A DNA stretch of 64,000 bases from an uncultured Bacillota bacterium (GTDB taxonomy: Bacteria; Bacillota; Dehalobacteriia; UBA7702). The stretch is taken from the NCBI GenBank assembly GCA_902796855.1, contig CADBQN010000049.1, positions 305 to 64,304 on the forward strand. The letters are read 5' to 3'. The translations under genes and the position numbers were made by a program. The notes under the pieces were generated by a model. The model had not been told where the DNA came from, did not search any database, and saw only the letters and a list, made by a program, of their open reading frames with translations. Positions 29,200 through 38,444 of the stretch are shown here, piece by piece; positions within the stretch are counted from its first letter, which is position 1; each line of letters opens with the position of its first letter.

Positions 29200-29238
29200 T
29201 TATATTTTCACCTCCTCTTTAAAAATTAAATTTTAATA

Positions 29239-29526
29239 TTAACTTTTAATTGTTTTGACAATGAAAATTTTTTGGGCGGCGAGGAGGCCCAAGGCGGCGC
29301 CGAGGAGCATCGGCGTAACCCGATAAAGCAAAAAGAGGGCGACGGCGTCGATGAGCAGTTTCAGCCACCAGCGGACGTTGATCCGCCGCGTCAGTTTTTT
29401 CACTTCTTTATCGCTGCGCGGCGTGATGTTCATCACGGAAGTGTTCATCATTTTAAACCCCAGCAGGCCGATGACGAGACCGTAGACGACTCCGGCGCAG
29501 AACAGCAAGACCACTTTAACGCTCAT
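29239..29526 (-). CDS. atpI: ATP synthase protein I
   Basis: 95 aa from ATG 29526 (MSVKVVLLFCAGVVYGLVIGLLG...), two hydrophobic hairpins. The track ORF is 5'-extended to 29649. Confidence 0.65.
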   Translation of the reverse strand: MSVKVVLLFCAGVVYGLVIGLLGFKMMNTSVMNITPRSDKEVKKLTRRINVRWWLKLLIDAVALFLLYRVTPMLLGAALGLLAAQKIFIVKTIKS

Positions 29527-29882
29527 CGATCCAGGTCCCTTCTGAGCTCTTCCATGCGTTCTTCCAGCGACTTTTTCTCCGCGTCGGCCTTGGCGTCGGC
29601 CTCCCGCTGTTCTTTCTCGATCCGCTCCGAAACGATCACCCGCTTCCACAAATACATAAAAGCGGAAATCAGCGCCACAAAGAGCAGGATCAGCCGAAAC
29701 AGCACGTTGGTGCCGAAACGGCCGTCGAGCCAGCCGCCGAGAAGATGGCTTAAAAGATAGATGTTCATCGCCAGGGTGATACCGAAGGTGGACGCGATAC
29801 GCAGATAAGTATAGACCGGAGAGGAATGATGCTGTTCCGAGGGTTCCGGCGATTTAGCCGGTTCTTTCTTTTTCCGACTCAT
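29523..29882 (-). CDS. atpZ: AtpZ/AtpI-family small membrane protein with charged C-terminal extension
   Basis: ASTFGITLAMNIYLLSHLLGGWLDGRFGTNVLFRLILLFVAL matches the AtpZ pattern (G.WLD..fGT.p.f). First gene of the atp operon. 4-bp overlap with atpI. Confidence 0.65.
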   Translation of the reverse strand: MSRKKKEPAKSPEPSEQHHSSPVYTYLRIASTFGITLAMNIYLLSHLLGGWLDGRFGTNVLFRLILLFVALISAFMYLWKRVIVSERIEKEQREADAKADAEKKSLEERMEELRRDLDR

Positions 29883-29972
29883 TCCATATCACCTTTCTGA
29901 CCTATAACAGATTTATTATACTTCAATACTTTCCATGAGGACAAGTCAAATATATTGTTCTCTCCTCAAATT

Positions 29973-31082
29973 TTACACTTTTTCTACAATGGCCTCGATG
30001 ATTCGACGGCACGCCGTACCGTCTCCGTAGGGGTTTTTCCGCATTGCCATGCGCTGATAGGCCGCTTCGTCAAAGAGCAATTTTTTCGTCTCTTCCAGGA
30101 TGGTCTCTTCGTCGGTGCCGGCGACTTTCACCGTCCCGGCGGCGACGGCCTCGGGCCGCTCCGTCGTGTCCCGCAGAACGAGAACGGGTTTGCCGAGAGA
30201 AGGCGCCTCCTCCTGGATCCCGCCGGAATCGGTCAGCACCAGATAGGCCCGGTCCATCAGCGTGGAGAAGGGATGATAATCCAGAGGTTCGATCATCCGG
30301 ACATTGGCCAGCCCGGAAAGGTGCTTCCCGGCGATTTCCCGGACGAGGGGGTTTTTGTGGACGGGGAAGACGACTTCAATATCGTCGCGTTCGGCGGCGA
30401 GCCGGGCGACGGCGGCAAAGATCCGTTCCATCGGCTCTCCCCAGTTCTCCCGGCGGTGGCACGTCAGCAGCACCAGCTTCTTTTCGGGATCGAGATCACC
30501 GAGACCGCAGAGGCCCAGATCATAGCGGATTTTTACCGCCATGTGGAGGGCGTCGATGACGGTGTTGCCCGTCACGAAGATTTTTTCCGCGGGAACGTTC
30601 TCCTTCAGCAGATTATCTCGGTTCAGCTCCGTGGGAGCGAAATAATAGTCGGCGATGACGTCGGTAACGCGGCGGTTGATCTCTTCCGGCCAGGGGGAGC
30701 GCTTATTGCCGGTGCGGAGGCCCGCCTCGACGTGACCGACGGGGACATTTTCGTAAAAGCCGGCCAGAGAAGCGGCCATGGTCGTCGTCGTGTCGCCGTG
30801 AACCAGCAGGATATCGGGGCGGCATTCCCGGAGCACCGTTTTGAGGCCCGTCAGCACCGAAGCGGTGATGTCGTAAAGATCCTGTCCTCGTTTCATGATA
30901 TTCAGATCGTAATCGGGCACGATCTCAAACAGTTCCAGGACCATATCGAGCATTTCCCGATGCTGGGCCGTGACGGCGACGACGGTCTCAAAGCGGCCGT
31001 CCTCTTCCAGCGCTTTGACGAGGGGCGCCATTTTGATGGCTTCGGGACGCGTCCCAAAAACGAGCATAACTTTCTTTTTCAT
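29973..31082 (-). CDS. wecB: UDP-N-acetylglucosamine 2-epimerase (non-hydrolysing)
   Basis: [22 protein letters not shown]..., HVEAGLRTG, full-length epimerase_2 family. Confidence 0.9.
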   Translation of the reverse strand: MKKKVMLVFGTRPEAIKMAPLVKALEEDGRFETVVAVTAQHREMLDMVLELFEIVPDYDLNIMKRGQDLYDITASVLTGLKTVLRECRPDILLVHGDTTTTMAASLAGFYENVPVGHVEAGLRTGNKRSPWPEEINRRVTDVIADYYFAPTELNRDNLLKENVPAEKIFVTGNTVIDALHMAVKIRYDLGLCGLGDLDPEKKLVLLTCHRRENWGEPMERIFAAVARLAAERDDIEVVFPVHKNPLVREIAGKHLSGLANVRMIEPLDYHPFSTLMDRAYLVLTDSGGIQEEAPSLGKPVLVLRDTTERPEAVAAGTVKVAGTDEETILEETKKLLFDEAAYQRMAMRKNPYGDGTACRRIIEAIVEKV

Positions 31083-31085
31083 AAA

Positions 31086-31544
31086 TCAGTCCTTTTTCGT
31101 ACCCTTCACTCTTTTCAGTTCGATGCCGGCTTCCTCGGCGATGCGCAGCGAAAACTCATCGGGATAATCGCCGTCGTAGACGATGCGGACGATCCCCGAC
31201 GTGATCATCGCTTTCATGCAGGTAACGCAGGGCTGGGTCGTCACGTACATCGTCGCGTCCTTGAGGGAGATCCCGTATTTCGCGGCGATGTTGCAGACGT
31301 TGGCCTCGGCGTGCTGGGCACGGCAGATCTCCTGGCGCTCCCCGGAGGGGATCCCCAGCTGCTGCCGGAGGCAGCCCGTTTCCTCGCAGTGCGGCGTACC
31401 GGCGAGAGCGCCGTTATAGCCGGTGCCGAGGATACGGTTGTCGGCGCTGACGGCGACGGCGCCGACGTGACGGCGCAGACAGGTGGAGCGGGTCGCCACG
31501 TCGTAAGCGATATCCATAAAATACTCATCCCAGGTTTTGCGCAT
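31086..31544 (-). CDS. Deoxycytidylate (dCMP) deaminase
   Basis: WDEYFMDIA..., zinc motifs HAEANV and PCVTCMK. ATG 31544 preferred. The GTG at 31556 in the track is an alternative start. Confidence 0.85.
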   Translation of the reverse strand: MRKTWDEYFMDIAYDVATRSTCLRRHVGAVAVSADNRILGTGYNGALAGTPHCEETGCLRQQLGIPSGERQEICRAQHAEANVCNIAAKYGISLKDATMYVTTQPCVTCMKAMITSGIVRIVYDGDYPDEFSLRIAEEAGIELKRVKGTKKD

Positions 31545-31549
31545 CGTTC

Positions 31550-31993
31550 TCACCACTCCTCTTCCATTTCGGCGATGAGGGCCACCCGGTCGCTGTGGCG
31601 GCCGCCCTCGAACCCGGTGCGGAGAAAGACGTCGACGATTTCAAAGGCCATGGTCTCGCCGATGAGCCTGGCGCCGAGGGCGAGGACGTTGGCGTCGTTG
31701 TGGCGGCGGCTCAGCGCGGCGCTGAGCGGGTCGGAGCAGAGCGCCGCGCGGACGCCCCGGACCTTGTTGGCGGCGATGCTGATGCCGATGCCGCTGCCGC
31801 AGAGGACAACGCCGCGGGCGTCCTTTTCCGCGGCGACGCGGCGGCCGACGCGGCCTCCGTAAACGGGATAGTCCACCCGCTCCGCCGTTTCCGGGCCGAC
31901 GTCAACAACGTCGTGTCCCGCCGCGAACAGGTATTCCTTTACTTTTTCCTTTAACTGAAACCCGGCGTGATCCGAGCCGATGTAGATTTTCAT
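31550..31993 (-). CDS. rpiB: Ribose-5-phosphate isomerase B
   Basis: MKIYIGSDHAGFQLKEKV...GVVLCGSGIGISIAANKVRGVRAA. Start at ATG 31993. The track ORF is 5'-extended to 32296 through the upstream gene. Confidence 0.9.
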   Translation of the reverse strand: MKIYIGSDHAGFQLKEKVKEYLFAAGHDVVDVGPETAERVDYPVYGGRVGRRVAAEKDARGVVLCGSGIGISIAANKVRGVRAALCSDPLSAALSRRHNDANVLALGARLIGETMAFEIVDVFLRTGFEGGRHSDRVALIAEMEEEW

Positions 31994-32475
31994 GACAATA
32001 CTTCCTTTCCCCGCTCCGGGTTTTCCCCGGATAAACGTCGTAAAATCGCGGTGATCTCCTCTTTCAGCGTATCCCGGGCCGCCCGGTAGTCGCCGAGACT
32101 GCCGCCGTAGGGATCGGGCACGGAGCGGCCGCTGCCGCTGAGCTCGCCGATGAGAAAGATCTTTGCCGCGGCGGCGGGAAATTCCCGAACCAGCGCTTTT
32201 TTGTGGGCCGGCGTCATGCAGACGATATAGTCGGCCTTTTCCGTCATATAACGCTGAAACTGTTTTGAACGGTGGTCCCGGAGATCGACGCCCCACTCGG
32301 CCATCGCCGCGACGGCGTGATCCGTCGCCGGAACGCCGTCATAGGCGGCGACACCGGCGGAATCAAAGCGAAAGCCCTCCCCGGGGAAGAGCGCGTCGCC
32401 GACGGAAGCGCCGATATAGGCCGCCATCGGACTGCGGCAGGTATTGCCGCTGCAGACAAACAGTAGATTCGCCAT
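31990..32475 (-). CDS. ywlE: Low-molecular-weight protein (Arg/Tyr) phosphatase
   Basis: MANLLFVCSGNTCRSPMA is a CX5R(S) P-loop. DPYG general-acid motif. GGGAG RBS before ATG 32475. Confidence 0.85.
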   Translation of the reverse strand: MANLLFVCSGNTCRSPMAAYIGASVGDALFPGEGFRFDSAGVAAYDGVPATDHAVAAMAEWGVDLRDHRSKQFQRYMTEKADYIVCMTPAHKKALVREFPAAAAKIFLIGELSGSGRSVPDPYGGSLGDYRAARDTLKEEITAILRRLSGENPERGKEVLS

Positions 32476-32636
32476 GATATTACTCCCTTTCAACCTGATT
32501 ATATCATACCATATTCACATCATAAAATCCAATCATTTCAGCGGAAATCCGCATTTTTCCCACGAAAAAGCCACCGTTCCCGAAAGCATCAAAAACGGCG
32601 GCCAAACGCGGCTTATCGGAGAGAGCGGAACCTCCG

Positions 32637-34160
32637 TCAGCGCGAAGCGCGCTCCGCCGCCGTCATTTCCCCAAAGCGATAGAGGAACGTGACGATCTGA
32701 CCGCGGAGACACGGTTTTTCGGGGCTGAACGTCGTCGCCGTCGTGCCGGCGGTTATGCCGGTCTCGGCGGCCCAGCGCACCGCGTCGTAATAATAGGCGC
32801 CGGGGACGACGTCCACAAAGGGATTTTCCTCCGCCGACGGCGACGCCTTGGCCGTTCGGGCCAGGAAAGCGACAGCCTGAGCCCGGGTCACGGTGTCGTC
32901 CGGGGAGAAGGTCTCCGCCGTTGTGCCGTAGGTGATGCCATTTTCCACGGCCCAGGCCACCGCGTCGGCGTAATAGGCGCCGGCTTTGACGTCGGAGAAG
33001 AGCCGCTCAGAAGATACCGGCGCGGGGCTCCCCGCCGAGCGCCAGAGGAACGCCGCCATCTGACCGCGGGTGCAGGTATCCCCCGGAGCGAACGTGTCCG
33101 CCGTCTTCCCCGCCGTGATTCCCCGCTCCACGGCCCAGGCCACGGCGTCGTAATAATAGGCGGTCCGGGAAACGTCGTTAAAGGGCAGGTCGGGAACGAC
33201 CGCCGCGGCGGCGGCCTCGCCGGAAGGCGTCGCCATAGCCGCGGGGAGTTCCCTGCCAAAGAGGAGCCAGGCGTATTCCGGATAATCGATGAAGACGTTG
33301 CGGTTGCCCTGAACGTCCTGGACACAGTCGTTGCGGCTCATTTCCCAGGTATCCACCGGATCCTCGGCGCACCAGGCGAGGAGCGTATCGACGTCGGCGA
33401 TGACGCGGACGCCGTCGTTGGCGGTATCGTCGGAATCGAAAGCGGGCAGCGAGGCCAGGGGCGCGTCAACACAGAGATTCGGCTGTCCCCAGCGGACATA
33501 AACGTAGAGCAGGATCCGGGCGACGTCACCTTTGACGTCGTCCTTTACCTCGACGCGCGTTTTGTCGCCGCCGTACCAGAGAACGGTCTCGCCGCTGCCG
33601 GCAAAAGCCTTAGTTTTATAGCTGTCCATAACGCCGACGACGTCGCCGAAAGTATAATTGCTGCGGGCGGAGTTGACCGGGCCGTCCTCGGGGCGGAGAT
33701 GGTGGAGGTCGGCGCCGCCGAAGAGCTGATAAAAGCTGGCGTGACTCTTGGCCCAGACGTGCTCGCGGTTGATGTAGCCCGACGCTTTGGCGGCGAGGTC
33801 GTCACTGTAAAAAAGGAGCTCCCCGCCGTTGGCGGAAGCGTCCGTCGTCTGCCAGTATGTCGTCAGGCTCCGATACGTCACCGAAGCGGTCATCGTTTCC
33901 GTCATCAGACGGCGCAGATCAAGATAGAGCGGTCCCGTCATCGCCGTGAGGGAGCTGTCCGTGGCGGCGCCCGCCTCGGCGGAAAGCGCCGCCCAGTCAT
34001 ATCCGTCCCCGTAATACGCCTTGGCCCGGTCGCTCAGAGCGCCGCACACCTGATGCCGAACGCCGCTGTTGACGGCGGCGAGGGACGGCGACGGCGCGAC
34101 GAAACCAGCGGCGGCTGTCAGCAGCAGCGCCGCGATAAAAATCCGCAGATGTTTTTTCAT
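32637..34160 (-). CDS. Secreted endonuclease I-family nuclease with three C-terminal SLH cell-wall anchoring domains
   Basis: Signal peptide MKKHLRIFIAALLLTAAAGFVAPSPSLAA. Endonuclease_1-like core INREHVWAKSHASF...ADLHHLRPEDGPVNSARSNYTFG. Three repeats of F.DV...AYY.DAV.WA...GIT.G....F.P....TR.Q...FL.R (SLH). Confidence 0.75.
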   Translation of the reverse strand: MKKHLRIFIAALLLTAAAGFVAPSPSLAAVNSGVRHQVCGALSDRAKAYYGDGYDWAALSAEAGAATDSSLTAMTGPLYLDLRRLMTETMTASVTYRSLTTYWQTTDASANGGELLFYSDDLAAKASGYINREHVWAKSHASFYQLFGGADLHHLRPEDGPVNSARSNYTFGDVVGVMDSYKTKAFAGSGETVLWYGGDKTRVEVKDDVKGDVARILLYVYVRWGQPNLCVDAPLASLPAFDSDDTANDGVRVIADVDTLLAWCAEDPVDTWEMSRNDCVQDVQGNRNVFIDYPEYAWLLFGRELPAAMATPSGEAAAAAVVPDLPFNDVSRTAYYYDAVAWAVERGITAGKTADTFAPGDTCTRGQMAAFLWRSAGSPAPVSSERLFSDVKAGAYYADAVAWAVENGITYGTTAETFSPDDTVTRAQAVAFLARTAKASPSAEENPFVDVVPGAYYYDAVRWAAETGITAGTTATTFSPEKPCLRGQIVTFLYRFGEMTAAERASR

Positions 34161-34184
34161 TTTTCCCTTTCGTTCTCCGATGCT

Positions 34185-35246
34185 TTATTTTTTGTAAGCC
34201 GCCTTCTGAATGCGGTTCATCAGCGCCTCGCCAAAACCGACGTCGGGGAACGGCTCGATAAAAATCGACTCCATCCCTTCCCGGTCGCACTCGCGGAAGG
34301 CGTGAAAAAGGTTGTGGGCGATCTCGTCGAGACGTTTCCGGCGGCCCAGAACGTACACCTGATCCGGTTCCACGCTGTCTTTCAGTTCCTCCCAGCGCTC
34401 GGCGGAGAGGATCATCGCCGTTTTGCCCGGCGCGCCGCCGACGGCGGCGACGGCGCCGTCTCCCTCGGGCAGATAGAACATCTCACCGTCGGGAGCGTAG
34501 TGCTTGTATTTCATCCCCGGCGCCTTGGGGCGGGCGATGTCCGCGTCGGCGGCGGTATATCGCCCTCTGAGCCGCGGGGCGAAGGGCTTGATATCCTCAT
34601 AGGTAATGCGCCCGGGGCGGAGGATTACCGGTTCCGGGCGGCTCAGGTCAATGATCGTGCTCTCCAGACCGATCTCGACGGGGCCGCCGTCGAGGAGCAG
34701 CGGGATCCGTCCCTTTAAATCGTGATAGACGTGTTCCCCCCGGGTGGGCGAAGGCTTCCCCGACAGATTGGCGCTGGGCGCGGCGATGGGCAGCCGGACC
34801 TCGTCGATGAAATCCAGGGCCACGCCGTGAGCCGGCATGCGGACGGCGACGGTATCGAGGCCGCCGGTGGTGGCGTTGGGGACCCGTTCGCTCTTCGGCA
34901 GGATCATCGTCAAAGGCCCCGGCCAGAACTCAAAGGCCAGACGGCGGCAGAGGGGAGTGAGCTCCACGACGAGGTCATCCATCATATCGATATGGGAAAT
35001 ATGGACGATGAGGGGGTTATCCGAGGGGCGCCCTTTGGCGGCGTAGATCTTTTCGGCGGCTTTGGCGTCATAGGCGTTGCCGCCGAGGCCGTAAACGGTC
35101 TCCGTGGGAAAAGCCACCAGCTCGCCGCCGCGGATCAAAGCCGCGGCCTCTTTCAGCGTTTCGTCGTAAACGACCTTGCTGACTTCGTTCGTCCTGACCC
35201 ATTTGGTTTCCATCGGTTCGCGTTGTTCCTGTTTGTTTTCAGACAT
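34185..35246 (-). CDS. tsaC: L-threonylcarbamoyladenylate synthase (Sua5/YwlC type, with Sua5 C-terminal domain)
   Basis: GELVAFPTETVYGLGGNAYD, KGRPSDNPLIVH, SANLSGKPSPT. 353 aa. Confidence 0.9.
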   Translation of the reverse strand: MSENKQEQREPMETKWVRTNEVSKVVYDETLKEAAALIRGGELVAFPTETVYGLGGNAYDAKAAEKIYAAKGRPSDNPLIVHISHIDMMDDLVVELTPLCRRLAFEFWPGPLTMILPKSERVPNATTGGLDTVAVRMPAHGVALDFIDEVRLPIAAPSANLSGKPSPTRGEHVYHDLKGRIPLLLDGGPVEIGLESTIIDLSRPEPVILRPGRITYEDIKPFAPRLRGRYTAADADIARPKAPGMKYKHYAPDGEMFYLPEGDGAVAAVGGAPGKTAMILSAERWEELKDSVEPDQVYVLGRRKRLDEIAHNLFHAFRECDREGMESIFIEPFPDVGFGEALMNRIQKAAYKK

Positions 35247-35255
35247 GCTTTTCGG

Positions 35256-36092
35256 TCACTTTCCTTCTTTTAAACGGAGAAAATCCTCCCGGCTTTTGAC
35301 GAGAAAATGATACGTATCGCCGACACGTCGGTCGTCCAGGGACTCAATGCCCAGTTCGCAGAGGACCGCGGCCCAATCCAGCACCTCGGCGAGGCCGGGG
35401 GCGCGGCTCATCTTCATTTTCCGCGCCTTTTGCGCGAAGGCGGCGATATCGGCGGCGAACATTTCGGAAAGACCGGGGAGCTTGGCCCGGAGGATCCGCG
35501 TTTCTTCCGCCGGCGAGGGGTAGTCGATGTAGTAGTGGACGCAGCGGCGCTTCAGGGCGTCGCTGAAATCGCGCATGGCGTTGCTGGTCAGAAAGATCAT
35601 CGGGATCGTTTTCGCCCGCACCGTGCCGCGCTCGGGGATGGTGACGGCGAAATCCGACAGCGCTTCCAGCAGAAAGCTCTCGAATTCCTCGTCACTCTTG
35701 TCGATCTCGTCGATGAGGAGCACCGCCGGTTCCTCGGCAAGGAAGGCTTTGAGCAGCGGCCGCGGCAGCAGGAATTCCTCGGAAAAGAGATCCTTTTTCA
35801 CTTCTTCCCAATCGGTCCGCGTTTGGCTTTCCAGATAGAGCAGCTGTTTTTGATAATTCCACTCATAGAGCGCGCGGCGCTCGTCGAGCCCCTCGTAGCA
35901 CTGGAGGCGGATCAGCGCCCGGCCGGAAGCGGCGGCGTAGGACCGGGCCAGTTCCGTCTTGCCGACACCGGCGGGGCCTTCCAGCAAAAGCGGCTTGCGC
36001 AGCGTTTCGCAGAGGCGGAGGATCAAGGCGAGATCCTCGCCGCAGAAATACCCGTTTTCGGCTAATTTTTTACGCAATAAAGAAGATTGCAT
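35256..36092 (-). CDS. MoxR-class AAA+ ATPase (CoxD-like)
   Basis: 278 aa from ATG 36092 (MQSSLLRKKLAENGYF...). Walker A LEGPAGVGKT, Walker B VLLIDEIDK, sensor region FLTSN. The track ORF is 5'-extended to 36467. The stop lies 9 nt before the tsaC start. Confidence 0.8.
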   Translation of the reverse strand: MQSSLLRKKLAENGYFCGEDLALILRLCETLRKPLLLEGPAGVGKTELARSYAAASGRALIRLQCYEGLDERRALYEWNYQKQLLYLESQTRTDWEEVKKDLFSEEFLLPRPLLKAFLAEEPAVLLIDEIDKSDEEFESFLLEALSDFAVTIPERGTVRAKTIPMIFLTSNAMRDFSDALKRRCVHYYIDYPSPAEETRILRAKLPGLSEMFAADIAAFAQKARKMKMSRAPGLAEVLDWAAVLCELGIESLDDRRVGDTYHFLVKSREDFLRLKEGK

Positions 36093-36168
36093 GATTTCTC
36101 CATAGATTTTTCCACTGATTTTTTGTATGATAACAGTATACCATAAATCAGCTGAAACGGAAAGAAAT

Positions 36169-37518
36169 ATGGAAAAAACCATCATCAGATTCATCACGAT
36201 CCTGCGGAGAGGCGGCCTCACCGTCTCCCTTTCCGAGGGCGAGGACGCCGCCAGGGGCCTCGCCGCTTTCGGCGTGGAAGACCCCGAAACAGTCCGCGCC
36301 GTCCTCCGGGCGACGCTGCTGAAAAACGAGGACCAAAAGGACGTTTTCGACCTGGCCTGGCGGGTCTGCTTCCGCCGGGAAGAAGCGTTCCCCGCGGAGA
36401 CCGAAATAACCCCCGGCGAATGCGGCGGCCACGACGGCGAGCCGGGCACCGCCGGCATGAGCCCCATGGCGCGGCGTTTTTACGGCCTGCTCCGGGATCG
36501 CCGCGGCGGCGAGGCGGCGGAGCTCATCGACGCGGCCCTGCGGGAGGAACCGGGCCGGGAGCTGACCGCCGCGGAAATGGCGGAGCAGCTCAAAATCAGC
36601 CTCGGCTGGTTCATGGCGAACTACGCCCTGAAACAGAACGGCGACGAAGAGGGCAAAGCTCTTTTGAGCGACATCGAACGCTATCTGATACTCCGCTGTG
36701 AGCGAGTTCGGATCGAAGCCAAAGGCGAAGAGGGCGTCGCGGAGCTGATCGCGGCGGCGAACAGCGCCGACAAGGATTTTTCCGCCCTCAGCGAAAGCCA
36801 GGTGCGGCTCATGGAAAAGCAAATCGCCCGCCTCGGCAAAAAGCTGGCGGGACGGTATTCCTATCGTTTGAAACCGGCGAAACACGGTGTGCCGGACACC
36901 CGGGAGATCATGGCGGAAACGGCGCGCCGCGGCCACCTGCCGGCGGAGATGCGCCGTTTAAGCAAACGGCGGGACCGTCCGGATCTCGTCATTCTCTGCG
37001 ACATTTCCGGTTCCATGGGCATATACAGCGCCTTCTGTCTCCAGCTGGTCTGCGCCATGGAACGGTATTTCCGTTCCGTCCGCTCCTTCCTCTTCATCGA
37101 CAGCGTCGTTGAGACGACGCTTTTCTTCCGAAGCGGCACCGTCGCCGAAGGCGTCGCCGCGGCGATGGAAAAGGCCTATCCCAAGCGCACCGGCAGGAGC
37201 AAAGAGCAGTGCACCACAACGGGGGTCTCTGACTACGGCCGGGCCATGGAAACGTTCCACCGCGTCTACGGCGAAGTCCTGACGAAAACGGCGACGGTCC
37301 TCATTGTCGGCGACGCGAAGACAAACTGGTTCCCGCCGAAGCCCGAGGAGATCCGAACCATCCGGGAGAAGACGAAAAAACTGATCTGGCTCAACCCGGA
37401 GCCCGCGGAGACCTGGGGCAAAGAGGACAGCGCCGCCGATCAGTACGCCCCCTTCTGCGACGCCATGCTTGAGTGCCGCAATCTGAAACAGCTGGAAAAA
37501 GCGATGATGCGGGTATAG
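36169..37518 (+). CDS. VWA domain protein (CoxE-like)
   Basis: MEKTIIRFITILRRGGLTVSLSEGEDAARGL... is a CoxE-type N-terminus. MIDAS motif LCDISGSMG in the C-terminal VWA domain. Divergent from the MoxR gene across about 76 bp. Confidence 0.75.
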   Translation: MEKTIIRFITILRRGGLTVSLSEGEDAARGLAAFGVEDPETVRAVLRATLLKNEDQKDVFDLAWRVCFRREEAFPAETEITPGECGGHDGEPGTAGMSPMARRFYGLLRDRRGGEAAELIDAALREEPGRELTAAEMAEQLKISLGWFMANYALKQNGDEEGKALLSDIERYLILRCERVRIEAKGEEGVAELIAAANSADKDFSALSESQVRLMEKQIARLGKKLAGRYSYRLKPAKHGVPDTREIMAETARRGHLPAEMRRLSKRRDRPDLVILCDISGSMGIYSAFCLQLVCAMERYFRSVRSFLFIDSVVETTLFFRSGTVAEGVAAAMEKAYPKRTGRSKEQCTTTGVSDYGRAMETFHRVYGEVLTKTATVLIVGDAKTNWFPPKPEEIRTIREKTKKLIWLNPEPAETWGKEDSAADQYAPFCDAMLECRNLKQLEKAMMRV

Positions 37519-37563
37519 CGAAATCAGCCCGTAAAAAAACGGCGAAAGTGAGGTGCGTTCGGG

Positions 37564-38367
37564 ATGCGCGACCCTTTTTTCGACAGCGACGACGGTTTTT
37601 TTGACGATCACGGTTTCAGGGACAGAGCCGATGAGTACTACGGCTTTCGGCAGACAGCGGAGGACCCGGCCGAATCCGCTTCCGGCGGCGGCTGCGGCAG
37701 GCGAACCCATCCAAAGCCCATCCCCGCGGAGAAAACGCCCCGCCCCGGCCTCGGCCGAAAGGGAAAAATCCTCATCGTTCTCCTCTGCCTGATCCCGCTG
37801 CTGATTCCGGCGATCTACGGACTGAACCTCTGCCATAAGGACCGCGTTTACAGGGCGGCGGAAGAAGCCATCGACGCGGGAGACTATGAAGGGGCCTACG
37901 CCCTGCTCCAGGGAATCCGGCAAAAACAGATCCGGGAGAACGCCGCAAAAAGCCAACGCGATTATTATACTTCCTCCTGGCGGGAGGACGATTTCAGAGA
38001 CACGGAGCCTCTGTGCGCCTACTGCGCCGCCCGCCTCCGTTACGATGACGGCGACGCGGAAGGGGCTTATAAAGCCATGTTCGACGCTTACGGCTACAAG
38101 GATCAGCCGCCGGAGCGGCTGAGGGAGATCGAGAACTTCCGCCAAGAGCTGCGGGCCGCGCTGGGCTATACCAAGGCCGCCGCGGCGAGCGGCGCTCCGG
38201 CCGAACAGACGGAGGAAAAAGCGAAAAACCCCTCTCCCCTCCGGAACTCCGCCGCTTCCCCCGACCCGGACATCAGCGAGTACGATGACCCGCTGGATCT
38301 GTACGAGGAAAACCCCGACGATTTTTACGACGAATACGACGCGGAAGACGCGTTCGACGAGAACTGA
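37564..38367 (+). CDS. Hypothetical single-pass membrane protein with acidic termini
   Basis: 267 aa. GAGGTG RBS and GC3-rich codons. Acidic/aromatic N-terminus (DPFFDSDDGFFDDHGF), TM ILIVLLCLIPLLIPAIYGL, helical repeat-like middle and acidic tail (EYDDPLDLYEENPDDFYDEYDAEDAFDEN). Confidence 0.6.
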   Translation: MRDPFFDSDDGFFDDHGFRDRADEYYGFRQTAEDPAESASGGGCGRRTHPKPIPAEKTPRPGLGRKGKILIVLLCLIPLLIPAIYGLNLCHKDRVYRAAEEAIDAGDYEGAYALLQGIRQKQIRENAAKSQRDYYTSSWREDDFRDTEPLCAYCAARLRYDDGDAEGAYKAMFDAYGYKDQPPERLREIENFRQELRAALGYTKAAAASGAPAEQTEEKAKNPSPLRNSAASPDPDISEYDDPLDLYEENPDDFYDEYDAEDAFDEN

Positions 38368-38409
38368 CGGTTTTTGGGAGGATGGGCATTCAAGCCTATA
38401 AAAAAATCA

Positions 38410-38437
38410 CCGGTCAGAAGAATTCCCTTCTGACCGG
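38410..38437. terminator. Bidirectional intrinsic terminator (shared by the 37564 gene and ssrA)
   Basis: CCGGTCAGAAG-AATTCC-CTTCTGACCGG, 11-bp perfect stem flanked by AAAAAA and TTTTTTT. Confidence 0.75.
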
Positions 38438-38444
38438 CTTTTTT

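Noticed and set aside
29955-31862. 635-aa forward ORF across wecB, dCMP deaminase and rpiB. Also 36958-38145 (-), 40317-41387 (-), 44924-46327 (-), 46632-47537 (-), 33699-34718 (+), 35307-36065 (+), 13019-14179 (-), 18985-19956 (-) and 11080-11886 (-)
   Set aside because: All are antisense to confidently assigned genes, often spanning gene boundaries. None has an RBS or recognisable domains.
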